This document shows positions 25,088 to 32,756 of a DNA stretch of 64,000 nt, piece after piece. The translations under genes and the position numbers were made by a program. Position 1 is the first letter of the stretch. Each line of letters starts with the position of its first letter. The stretch lies in the IMG/VR virus record IMGVR_UViG_3300013121_000039, positions 64,001 to 128,000 of that record; one strand, written 5' to 3'. Source of the stretch: a virus. Its lineage: Duplodnaviria; Caudoviricetes. The notes beneath the pieces were generated by a model. The model was not told where the DNA came from and did no database searches. It worked only from the letters and a program-made list of their open reading frames with translations.

Positions 25088-25180
25088 CTTCGCAGCAACC
25101 TCATGAATCGCGATGCGGGACCCTACCCCGCCTCTCACGACGACGAGGGCCTCGGTACTTGCGGCCGCGGTGCTGCGAAG
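25088..25180 (+). ncRNA. Structured RNA of unknown class
   Basis: 10-bp closing stem CTTCGCAGCA/TGCTGCGAAG with internal hairpins. Confidence 0.4.
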
Positions 25181-25187
25181 ACTTCTT

Positions 25188-25260
25188 GGGGCCGTAGCTC
25201 AGTTGGGAGAGCGCCTGCTTCGCACGCAGGAGGTCAAGGGTTCGACTCCCTTCGGTTCCA
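25188..25260 (+). tRNA. tRNA-Ala(CGC)
   Basis: Loop TTCGCAC, G3:U70. Confidence 0.9.
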
Positions 25261-25263
25261 CAT

Positions 25264-25339
25264 GCGCGCGTAGTTCAGTGGCCAGAACGCTGCCTTGACA
25301 TGGCAGAGATCGCCGGTTCGAGTCCGGCCGCGCGTACCA
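25264..25339 (+). tRNA. tRNA-Val(GAC)
   Basis: Loop TTGACAT, ACCA end. Confidence 0.9.
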
Positions 25340-25345
25340 CTTCCC

Positions 25346-25421
25346 GGGGCTATAGCTCAGACGGGAGAGCGCCTGGATGGCATCCAGGAGGTCGTCGGTT
25401 CGATCCCGACTGGCTCCACCA
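25346..25421 (+). tRNA. tRNA-Ala(GGC)
   Basis: Loop ATGGCAT, G3:U70. Confidence 0.9.
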
Positions 25422-25427
25422 CTTCAC

Positions 25428-25503
25428 GGGTCCATAGCTCCAACGGGAGAGCAGCGGCTTTGCAAGCCGACGGTTGCCGGTTCGAGTCCGGCTGGATCCA
25501 CCA
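25428..25503 (+). tRNA. tRNA-Ala(TGC)
   Basis: Loop TTTGCAA, G3:U70. Confidence 0.88.
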
Positions 25504-25517
25504 CATCAGGAGTACGC

Positions 25518-25733
25518 ATGCCGCGGCCGCCAGAGGCTCAAGCCCTCTTCGAAAGGAGCGGGATGTTCTCGACTCACGAGAAGTTGGTCTCCTTCCTCTA
25601 CGAGCTGATGAGGGACCACCTTCCCCCAGGAGTCGTCGAGAGGCTCGTCCAGAACAACCAGGAGACTCCGGCGTCGCTGACGAACGGCTACCTGGCGCAG
25701 TACGCCAAGGACCTCGCCGACCGACTCAAGTAG
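25518..25733 (+). CDS. Small hypothetical protein inside the tRNA array
   Basis: AGGAG RBS; stop abuts the next tRNA. Confidence 0.7.
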   Translation: MPRPPEAQALFERSGMFSTHEKLVSFLYELMRDHLPPGVVERLVQNNQETPASLTNGYLAQYAKDLADRLK

Positions 25734-25734
25734 T

Positions 25735-25808
25735 GCCGATGTAGCTCAGAGGCAGAGCACTGCCTTGGTAAGGCAGCGGTCTGGGTTCGACCCCCAGCAT
25801 CGGCTCCA
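25735..25808 (+). tRNA. tRNA-Thr(GGT)
   Basis: Loop TTGGTAA, CCA end. Confidence 0.88.
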
Positions 25809-25812
25809 TCAT

Positions 25813-25890
25813 CCGCCCGTAGCTCAGCTGGATCAGAGCGCTTGACTACGAATCAAGAGGCCGGGGGTTCGAATCCCTCCGGGCGGACCA
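25813..25890 (+). tRNA. tRNA-Arg(ACG)
   Basis: Loop CTACGAA, ACCA end. Confidence 0.92.
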
Positions 25891-25893
25891 CAT

Positions 25894-25971
25894 GCGTCTG
25901 TAGCTCAGATGGAAGAGAGCGCTGGCCTCCGAAGCCAGAGGGCGGGGGTTCGAGTCCCTCCAGACGCGCCA
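25894..25971 (+). tRNA. tRNA-Arg(CCG)
   Basis: Loop CTCCGAA, GCCA end. Confidence 0.92.
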
Positions 25972-25974
25972 CAT

Positions 25975-26049
25975 GCTCCTGTAGCTCAGGTGGACGAGAG
26001 CGGCTGTTTCCTAAACAGCAGGCCGGGTGTTCGAGTCACCCCAGGAGCA
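25975..26049 (+). tRNA. tRNA-Arg(CCT)
   Basis: Loop TTCCTAA. Confidence 0.88.
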
Positions 26050-26055
26050 CTTCAC

Positions 26056-26137
26056 TGCGGGATCGTCTAGTGGCCATGACACCGGGCTCATAACCCGGGG
26101 GCGAAAGCCATCGTGGGTTCGAGTCCCACTCCCGCAA
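26056..26137 (+). tRNA. tRNA-Met(CAT), initiator-like, with long variable arm
   Basis: CCGGG-CTCATAA-CCCGG arm; variable hairpin GGC-GAAA-GCC. Confidence 0.8.
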
Positions 26138-26140
26138 CAT

Positions 26141-26216
26141 GCACGCCGAGGTAGCTGGAGACACCGCCTCTCTCACACGGAGGACTTGCTGGGTTCGATC
26201 CCCAGGGCGTGCACCA
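26141..26216 (+). tRNA. tRNA-Val(CAC)
   Basis: Loop CTCACAC, ACCA end; D-arm divergent. Confidence 0.75.
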
Positions 26217-26223
26217 TCTTCAT

Positions 26224-26308
26224 GTCCAGGTGGCGGAACTGGTAGACGCACCAGCTTGAGGGGCTGGCGGGTAACACCGTGCGGGTTCGATTCCCGCCCT
26301 GGACACCA
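26224..26308 (+). tRNA. tRNA-Leu(GAG)
   Basis: Class II, loop TTGAGGG. Confidence 0.92.
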
Positions 26309-26313
26309 TCTTC

Positions 26314-26397
26314 GGTCGAGTGGCGGAATGGTAGACGCACCTGGCTCAGAACCAGGCGGGTAACACCGTGAGAGTTCGACTCTCTCCTCGACCACCA
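26314..26397 (+). tRNA. tRNA-Leu(CAG)
   Basis: Class II, loop CTCAGAA. Confidence 0.92.
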
Positions 26398-26401
26398 TCA
26401 T

Positions 26402-26482
26402 GCCCGAGTGGCGGAACGGTAGACGCGGCGGACTCAAAACCCGCTGCCGAGAGGCGTGCCGGTTCGAGTCCGGCTTCGGGCA
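26402..26482 (+). tRNA. tRNA-Leu(CAA)
   Basis: Class II, loop CTCAAAA. Confidence 0.9.
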
Positions 26483-26521
26483 CTTCACGCAGTACCACTA
26501 CAACAAGAAAGGAGCGTAGCG

Positions 26522-27066
26522 ATGGACACGTTGGTGTTGTCCCACGCCTACGAGCCCGTCGCACGCGTCCACTGGCAACGGGCCGTAACCCTCCTCTGGG
26601 AGGGCAAGGTCGAGGTCATCGAGGAGTACGAGAGCAGGACGGTCAGGTCGGTCACGCTGGAGTTCAAGATCCCCAGCATCATCCGCTTCCTCAACGTCAT
26701 CCGCCGGCGCAAGCCGTCGATGAAGTTCTCGCGAGAGAACGTCTTCGCTCGGGACAAGGGCCGCTGCCAGTACTGCGGCAACAAGGTCACGAGAGCAGAG
26801 TCGACCTACGACCACGTCACCCCGCGGTCGAAGGGGGGCGGGACGAACTGGGAGAACGTCGTCATCGCCTGCACCCCGTGCAACCAGCGGAAGAGCGACA
26901 AGACCCCGGCCCAGGCCGGCATGAAGCTGCTCTCGGTGCCGGTGAAGCCGGCGCACCTGCCTGGCACCACCAGGCTGACGTTCCTGCTCGACAAGAACGT
27001 GCCGCAGTCCTGGAAGCAGCTCATGATGGACTACGGCTACTGGCACGGCGAGCTGGAGCACGACTA

Positions 27067-27067
<1 letters not shown>
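26522..27067 (+). CDS. HNH endonuclease (McrA-like) inside the tRNA array
   Basis: RDKGRCQYCG...TYDHVTPRSKGG...WENVVIACTPCNQRK. Confidence 0.92.
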
Positions 27068-27158
<91 letters not shown>

Positions 27159-27224
27159 GCGTGTGTGGCCCCGAGCACCTTGGGTGTCTGGCACTCAGCC
27201 AGAGCGCACCATCGGGGCATCCTT

Positions 27225-27314
27225 GGAAGAGTGGGTGAGTGGCTCAAACCACCGGCCTCGAAAACCGGACGTGGGGCAACCTGCGCGAGAGTTCGAATCT
27301 CTCCTCTTCCGCCA
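27225..27314 (+). tRNA. tRNA-Ser(CGA)
   Basis: Class II, loop CTCGAAA. Confidence 0.9.
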
Positions 27315-27319
27315 TCTTT

Positions 27320-27409
27320 GGAAGCGTGGCCGAGTGGCTCAAGGCACCAGCTTGGAAAGCTGGAGGTGGCTCCGGCTGCCCGCAGGTTCGAATCCTGCCG
27401 CTTCCGCCA
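27320..27409 (+). tRNA. tRNA-Ser(GGA)
   Basis: Class II, loop TTGGAAA. Confidence 0.92.
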
Positions 27410-27412
27410 TCT

Positions 27413-27503
27413 GGAGAGGTGGGCGAGTGGCTCATGCCGCCGGTTTGCTAAACCGGTCTGCGATCACATCAAAGCGAGGGTTCGAATCCCTCCCTCTCCG
27501 CCA
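27413..27503 (+). tRNA. tRNA-Ser(GCT)
   Basis: Class II, loop TTGCTAA. Confidence 0.9.
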
Positions 27504-27506
27504 CAT

Positions 27507-27583
27507 GCCCCCGTAGCTCAGAGGACAAGAGCAGCCGCCTTCTAAGCGGACGGTCGCTGGTTCGAGTCCAGCCGGGGGCACCA
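27507..27583 (+). tRNA. tRNA-Arg(TCT)
   Basis: Loop CTTCTAA, ACCA end. Confidence 0.9.
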
Positions 27584-27607
27584 CTGTCACTACGACTCAG
27601 GAGTCCT

Positions 27608-27865
27608 ATGAAGAAGGTCGCGAAGATCACCGGCCGGGCGCTCTGCTACGACGTGCTGGAGTGCCCCATCTGCGAAGCCCGCACCGTCGTCAACGAGAAC
27701 ATGCCCTGGTGCGCCACGTGCGGCACCGAGTACTACCACGGCCGAGACGACCGGAAGACCGGCGCCAGACGCTGGGTCTTCGACACGAAGCGGAAGACGC
27801 CACAGTACGCCTGGGGCAAGGCCCTGAACCTGTCCGGCGGGATACGGATCGGGCCGAAGAAGTAG
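27608..27865 (+). CDS. Zinc-ribbon hypothetical protein
   Basis: AGGAG RBS; CPIC...CATC. Confidence 0.65.
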   Translation: MKKVAKITGRALCYDVLECPICEARTVVNENMPWCATCGTEYYHGRDDRKTGARRWVFDTKRKTPQYAWGKALNLSGGIRIGPKK

Positions 27866-27898
27866 AGGGGCGGGCCGCTGCGCCCGCCCCTCTTTCTT
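27864..27898 (+). terminator. Terminator closing the tRNA operon
   Basis: AGAGGGGCGGGC/GCCCGCCCCTCT stem followed by TTCTT. Confidence 0.75.
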
Positions 27899-27936
27899 AG
27901 CTCACTTCACCATTGGAGTGGCCTTCCTTTCCCCAG

Positions 27937-28257
27937 TTACCCGCCGAAGAGCTTCTCGTCGCGGCACTGGATGCAGAACGTGTCTGCGTCTGGGTACTGC
28001 CCCTTCAACATGAAGACCCGGTGACCGCAGGGCAGCTCACGAGTCCGGAAGTGCCGGTTCGTGTAGTGCGTCCGCATGTGCGAAGCGCGAGGGTGCTTGT
28101 CTCCCACGTCGATCGACACCTTCGGCCCAACCAGCCCCGGCTTGGGAGCGTGGTAGGACGACTTGGAGACGTCGGTGTAGTAGACCTTGCGCTTGTGGTG
28201 ATGGTCAGTCGGGCCCCCGGACGAGCGCCTGCTGCGCCCGAAAACAAGGGTAGCCAT
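27937..28257 (-). CDS. Basic hypothetical protein with C-terminal Cys/His cluster
   Basis: GGAGG RBS; PCGH...CIQC. Confidence 0.6.
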   Translation of the reverse strand: MATLVFGRSRRSSGGPTDHHHKRKVYYTDVSKSSYHAPKPGLVGPKVSIDVGDKHPRASHMRTHYTNRHFRTRELPCGHRVFMLKGQYPDADTFCIQCRDEKLFGG

Positions 28258-28361
28258 ACAGCCTCCTAGAGCTGGTCGAGATCAGGTCTGACCGCTGGCG
28301 CGCCTCACGGGCGCTGGGCGGGTTCTCGGGACCGGTCTAGGAGTGGGACATGACGGCGCGG

Positions 28362-28390
28362 AAGGTAGACGCGACGCCACGTAGAGTCAA
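28362..28390 (-). promoter_or_regulatory. Sigma70-type promoter
   Basis: Minus strand TTGACT-N17-TACCTT. Confidence 0.6.
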
Positions 28391-28408
28391 GCGGTCATTT
28401 CCAAGCAG

Positions 28409-28437
28409 AAGGGGGCCCAGCTTGTACTAGGCCCCCT
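28409..28437 (-). terminator. Hairpin ending the minus-strand operon
   Basis: AGGGGGCC/GGCCCCCT stem. Confidence 0.5.
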
Positions 28438-28447
28438 CGCGATCAAC

Positions 28448-28687
28448 TCAGCTTGCTTGCTTCAGGCGAATGAACTCATGCCAGCCGCACTTGTGGGGGC
28501 AGACGACGCTCGGGCTCACCTGGCCGTCGGCCGTGATGGTGTGGTTGACGAGGGACAGCAGATGGTCGCATTTCGGGCACACCAAGGCCACCGTCTGCTT
28601 GAAGACCGGACCTGGGAAGACACTGGCGATCCATGGTCGCCAGCGTCCCTTGGTCCAAGCCCCGCCGTCTGGCAGGAGCTCCTGCAC
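28448..28687 (-). CDS. Small Cys/His protein, DUF6527-like
   Basis: CPKC...VSPSVVC...CGWH pattern. Confidence 0.5.
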   Translation of the reverse strand: MQELLPDGGAWTKGRWRPWIASVFPGPVFKQTVALVCPKCDHLLSLVNHTITADGQVSPSVVCPHKCGWHEFIRLKQAS

Positions 28688-29097
28688 TAGAAGCTGCCCT
28701 TGATGCGGATCCCAGTGGCCCGGCGGAAGGCGCCGGTCGGGTACTTCACGTCGCGCTCGGTGTAGTCGTCCACGACCTCTCGGTCCGCCGAATAGCCGCG
28801 GCAGACCTTGGCGTCCTGGTCACCCGGCAGCGCGTCGATGGCCGCCTGGGTCTGGTTGCAGCGGGAGCACTTGTCCTTCCCGGGCGGGAAGTAGTGCACC
28901 GCCATCTCCGACGGCCAGTGGTGGAACTCCGCCACGTAGGGCCGCATGGTGGCGCGCTGCATCTCCGAGACGAAGCGGGCCATCATGCAGTCGGGGCAGG
29001 TCTCCTGCCCGCAGCCCCTGATCTCGGAGCCCTCCTTCGCGTTCCGGTCGCAGCCGTGTCCGCCCGTCGCTTCGATCACGATTCTGAAGTCACCCAT
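28687..29097 (-). CDS. Cys-rich hypothetical protein
   Basis: AAGGAG RBS; GGHGCDR...CPDC. Confidence 0.65.
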   Translation of the reverse strand: MGDFRIVIEATGGHGCDRNAKEGSEIRGCGQETCPDCMMARFVSEMQRATMRPYVAEFHHWPSEMAVHYFPPGKDKCSRCNQTQAAIDALPGDQDAKVCRGYSADREVVDDYTERDVKYPTGAFRRATGIRIKGSF

Positions 29098-29152
29098 GTC
29101 TGCTCTCCTTCACTGCTCTGCGTTCACTGCCTCACTGCACTCGCTGCCAGTA

Positions 29153-29515
29153 CTACTGCTGCTCTGCGGGGAACTTCCGGCCCTCGCAGTCGTCCGTGAT
29201 GATACCGTCTCGGATCCAGCCGTGGTAGATGCCGTGCACGTTGATGCTCGGGGAGACGGTGATCTTGGGAGCGGTCCCCGTCACCACCCAGCCGTCCCGG
29301 TTTCCGGAGCCGCCGATGTCCACGCAGTGCTCGTGGCCCCCGGGCAACTTCACGACGAGCGGCGGGCGCTTCCCGGCCCAGTCCCGGTCGTACTGGATCG
29401 AGGTCCAGTAGCGTCGGCTGCCCTCATCCTTGAGGAACCACGGGGCCGGCCACATGTCGCCGACCTTCGGCTTCTCAGGACGCTCCTCGTGGTAGGTGAT
29501 AGGCCAGGCCATCAC
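29153..29515 (-). CDS. DUF6527-like hypothetical protein
   Basis: WxxTGxxPxITVSPSI...YHGWIRDG pattern. Confidence 0.55.
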   Translation of the reverse strand: MMAWPITYHEERPEKPKVGDMWPAPWFLKDEGSRRYWTSIQYDRDWAGKRPPLVVKLPGGHEHCVDIGGSGNRDGWVVTGTAPKITVSPSINVHGIYHGWIRDGIITDDCEGRKFPAEQQ

Positions 29516-29835
29516 TTCGTCCCGTTCTTCACTGGCTCAGGCTCGCCGAGCGGGTCCTTGTCGTCCTTCTCGACCAGGCAGTGGGCGATCCCGGTGCAGG
29601 TCGCCCCGTACATCTTCCTGATCGCGTCCGTCTTGCACAGCGCGCAGAAGAGGTTCGGCTCGTTGCGGCTGGTGATGACGATGAGCCGCTGCGAGGGGTA
29701 GTCGCGGACCAGAACCTCGTCTGGAGTGATGCTCTCCAGGCGGGCGCGCGGGAGGATCTCCTTGCGCTCACGATAGGAGAGCAGGGTCCTAGTGTCCCCC
29801 CAGAACACTGCCAGCTCTGGACGCCGCTTGCTCAC
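29512..29835 (-). CDS. Hypothetical protein
   Basis: Overlap-coupled ORF. Confidence 0.55.
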   Translation of the reverse strand: MSKRRPELAVFWGDTRTLLSYRERKEILPRARLESITPDEVLVRDYPSQRLIVITSRNEPNLFCALCKTDAIRKMYGATCTGIAHCLVEKDDKDPLGEPEPVKNGTK

Positions 29836-31304
29836 TGTGTCGCCTGATCACGCTTCAGCAGCTCCCTGAACTGGTAGTTGAGCCGTTCCTTGTCCTGCGA
29901 GAGACGGCTCAGGTACTCGTCGACGCCGAAGCCTGGGGAGCGCAGCTTCATCTTCTCAAGTACCCCTGACCGCGGGCGCGTGGCAAGGAATCGCTCGACG
30001 CGCACCTTTCGCTCCTCTGGTGGCAGATCAGCGTGACTCCCGTACCTGATGCCACGTCCTTCGACCTGCTTCAGCTTCTCGTCATTCCAGTGCGGCTCCA
30101 TGACTTGGATGAGGCGAGTCCCCTTGAGGTCGAGCCCCTCACCGCCGGCGCTGGAGAGCATCAGGGCCCTGAGCTTGCCTGCGTTGTATTGCCGCACGAG
30201 CTCGTCCCGCTCCTTCTTCTTCATCTGCCCGGTGAACTCGCCGAACGGGATCCCCTCCTGTGTCAGGCGTTCCTTGTACGGGTTGAGCCCGGCATCGAGG
30301 TAGTTGGAGTACACCACCGCCTTCGACCTCGGGTTGGAGCCCAGCTCCTTCCGCAGGCGCTGGAAGGCCTCTTCGACCTTCGGCTCTTGGGGCGTTGCCT
30401 GCTGATCGTGGTACGGCCGAGTGGTGTTGGAGACCTGCCTGGCCCCGCCGAGGAAGGCGTTCAAGTCGCCGGCCTCTTGCTTGGTCGGCGGCAAGCCCTT
30501 GCGGACCTTGTAGCGGACCCAGAACGGCGCCTTCTTCATCAGCGTGTCGTAGTAGTCGAGCTGGTCCTTGGTCATCGGCACGCGCACGTCCTCGCGCGAG
30601 ACCTCGGGGAAGTTCTCCTTGGCGCCCTCGTAGTAATCGACCCACTTGTCGAGTACCTGCTTCAGCTCCTTGCGCCTGCCCGGATGCAGGATGGGGACCG
30701 TGGAGCCCTTCACGCCGCGGAGCTTGGCGAGGAAGCCGGGGTCCTTCTTCAGGTTGTAGATGTACTTCTCCTCGAACTCCTTGCGGTCGACCGGCAGGAC
30801 CTTCCCGCCAGCGGCGAGGTTCACGAGGGGCGAGATGTCGGCCGGCCGGTTGTAGAAGGGGGTGCCGGTGAGCAGGAGCCTCTTCTGAGCCTTGTTCTTC
30901 TTCAGGGACTCGTAGGTCTTGGTCCCAGGCTCGCGGGCCCGGTGGGCCTCGTCCACGACGAGCATGGGGCTGCGCAGCTCCGCCCCGCCGCGCGCCACGT
31001 TCTGCATCGAGAGGACGCGCGCCGGCTTGTGCTCGCCCTTCGTGTGCTTGGCGAGCTCCTTCTTGTAGTTGGCTTGGAGGGACGCCGGCACCACGACATC
31101 GGACGGCATCGCCATCGCATCCTGCGCCGCGATGGCGGTAAGGGTCTTGCCGGAGCCCAGGCCATGAGCCACGACGAGGCCTGGCTGGTCCTTCTCCTGG
31201 ATGCGGTTGACCACCCGCTGCTGGTGCGGCTGGAGCGGGGTGAAGACCTTGGCCTCCTTCAGGAGGCGGGCTGCGGACCGGAAGGCGGAGAGATGTGGGC
31301 TCAC
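29832..31304 (-). CDS. SNF2-like SF2 helicase/ATPase
   Basis: HGLGSGKT, VDEAH, LTGTP, AGGEGLDL, QVEGRGIR. Confidence 0.88.
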   Translation of the reverse strand: MSPHLSAFRSAARLLKEAKVFTPLQPHQQRVVNRIQEKDQPGLVVAHGLGSGKTLTAIAAQDAMAMPSDVVVPASLQANYKKELAKHTKGEHKPARVLSMQNVARGGAELRSPMLVVDEAHRAREPGTKTYESLKKNKAQKRLLLTGTPFYNRPADISPLVNLAAGGKVLPVDRKEFEEKYIYNLKKDPGFLAKLRGVKGSTVPILHPGRRKELKQVLDKWVDYYEGAKENFPEVSREDVRVPMTKDQLDYYDTLMKKAPFWVRYKVRKGLPPTKQEAGDLNAFLGGARQVSNTTRPYHDQQATPQEPKVEEAFQRLRKELGSNPRSKAVVYSNYLDAGLNPYKERLTQEGIPFGEFTGQMKKKERDELVRQYNAGKLRALMLSSAGGEGLDLKGTRLIQVMEPHWNDEKLKQVEGRGIRYGSHADLPPEERKVRVERFLATRPRSGVLEKMKLRSPGFGVDEYLSRLSQDKERLNYQFRELLKRDQATQ

Positions 31305-32047
31305 CAGCGACCTCCGATGCCCCCTGCGACCCCCAGCTTGCCGTCTGTCGTGAACAGCACCCCAGCCTCCGCCTCCAGGCGGATAGGCCCCATCTCGAAA
31401 GGCGGGAAGAGCGCCTTCGGGCCGAAGTCCAGACCGGTCGCCCGGGAGTAGGTGGTGATGATGCCGGCCCCCCAGCGCTTCTCACGCCGTGTCGGCAGCA
31501 CCACGACGTCAGACTTCGGGGCGTCCGTGGTGATGTAGTCGGTGAAGAGGACGAGCTCGGACGGGGTGGTGCGGATGCACTGCACGCGGCCGGTCAGCAC
31601 CGTGTTGTCGTTCGGGGTCTTGTAGTGGAGCTCGTCGAGGGCTGCTGTCACCTTGTCGCCCTTCAGCAGCACGATGTCCTTCTTGTCCTCTGGGCACTCA
31701 CGGGCAGGGCCCGGATCCCCTGGCACCGGCTTCTCCACGAACCGGATCTCCACCACCTTGATGAGCTTCGGCTTCTCGCCAAGCAGCTTCTCCAGTTGCT
31801 CGACCTGGGCCTTCCAGGCAGCGTCTTGGCGCAGGATCTCCTTCTCCTGCTTCTCCAGCGTCTTCTTGTTGGACTCTCGCTCCGCGACGAACTTCTCACG
31901 TTCGAGCTGGAGAGCCTCCTTGTCCTTCCGCAGGGTATCCCGCTCGCCTCGGGCGTTGTTCCAGTAGAAGGCGAAGACGATGATGACGATGAGGAGAGCG
32001 CCCCTCTCGATCCAGATGCGGTACTCCTTCATCGCCTGCCAGTTCAT
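31301..32047 (-). CDS. Membrane-anchored coiled-coil protein (spanin/Rz-like)
   Basis: N-terminal TM helix then coiled coil; next to small membrane genes. Confidence 0.5.
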   Translation of the reverse strand: MNWQAMKEYRIWIERGALLIVIIVFAFYWNNARGERDTLRKDKEALQLEREKFVAERESNKKTLEKQEKEILRQDAAWKAQVEQLEKLLGEKPKLIKVVEIRFVEKPVPGDPGPARECPEDKKDIVLLKGDKVTAALDELHYKTPNDNTVLTGRVQCIRTTPSELVLFTDYITTDAPKSDVVVLPTRREKRWGAGIITTYSRATGLDFGPKALFPPFEMGPIRLEAEAGVLFTTDGKLGVAGGIGGRW

Positions 32048-32418
32048 CGGCTCCCCCAGAGCCAGGCCCCCAGGCCCGTGAACATGATGTAGACCTCCAT
32101 GTGCGTGGCTGTCGGGATCCGGTCACGCAGAAAGAGGTCCCGGTAGATGACCGCCAGGCCGAGACCTGCAAGGGCCATTGGCCCCCACCACGGACCGCCG
32201 CGGCTGCCGAAGAAGTGGCCGCCCATGGTGCCGTACAGCGCCGGCCAAAGCATCCACCGCTGAGACCCCTCCCGCATAGCATCGGTGAGGGGCGGGTCCC
32301 CGCGGATGAGCGCGATGACCTCGACAATGAGCAGCGCCACGCCGCACACCACCCACGTCCGGTAGGTGTACGGCATGAGCCGCCAGCCGAGCCACAACTC
32401 TCGCAGGAACTCGATCAC
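32044..32418 (-). CDS. Multi-pass membrane protein (holin-like)
   Basis: 3-4 hydrophobic segments; GTG start overlapping the upstream stop. Confidence 0.5.
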   Translation of the reverse strand: MIEFLRELWLGWRLMPYTYRTWVVCGVALLIVEVIALIRGDPPLTDAMREGSQRWMLWPALYGTMGGHFFGSRGGPWWGPMALAGLGLAVIYRDLFLRDRIPTATHMEVYIMFTGLGAWLWGSR

Positions 32419-32747
32419 GGCTTCGGCGGTGCCGCCTTGAGCGGCTGCTCCCCTGTGACTTCGAGTCCGGCCATGGCCCTCGCCTGCTTCACGCTGTGGA
32501 CCTTGTCGTAGAGCTCCTCGTCGGAGAGGTTGTCGTCCCCACCCTTGATGAAGCCCATGATGCCGGGCAGGGCCGCGATGCCGAGGGCGAGGGCCCAGCG
32601 CTTCACGGACCACGTCTCCACCACGTCGACGCCCACGGCAGTCACCTGGGCGAGCATGCCGAAGAGCCAGCCGAGGAAGGCTCGGATCTGCTGCTTGTAG
32701 GGCTTGATGAACTTCTGCCAGCTCTTCCACACCGTCTTGATGGTCAT
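32415..32747 (-). CDS. Two-TM membrane protein (holin-like)
   Basis: Two hydrophobic helices; AAGGAG RBS. Confidence 0.55.
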   Translation of the reverse strand: MTIKTVWKSWQKFIKPYKQQIRAFLGWLFGMLAQVTAVGVDVVETWSVKRWALALGIAALPGIMGFIKGGDDNLSDEELYDKVHSVKQARAMAGLEVTGEQPLKAAPPKP

Positions 32748-32756
32748 GCGTGCTCC

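Noticed and set aside
28354-28378. tRNA-Leu-like D-arm fragment GCGGAAGGTAGACGC
   Set aside because: No anticodon or T arm follows; better explained as the minus-strand promoter.
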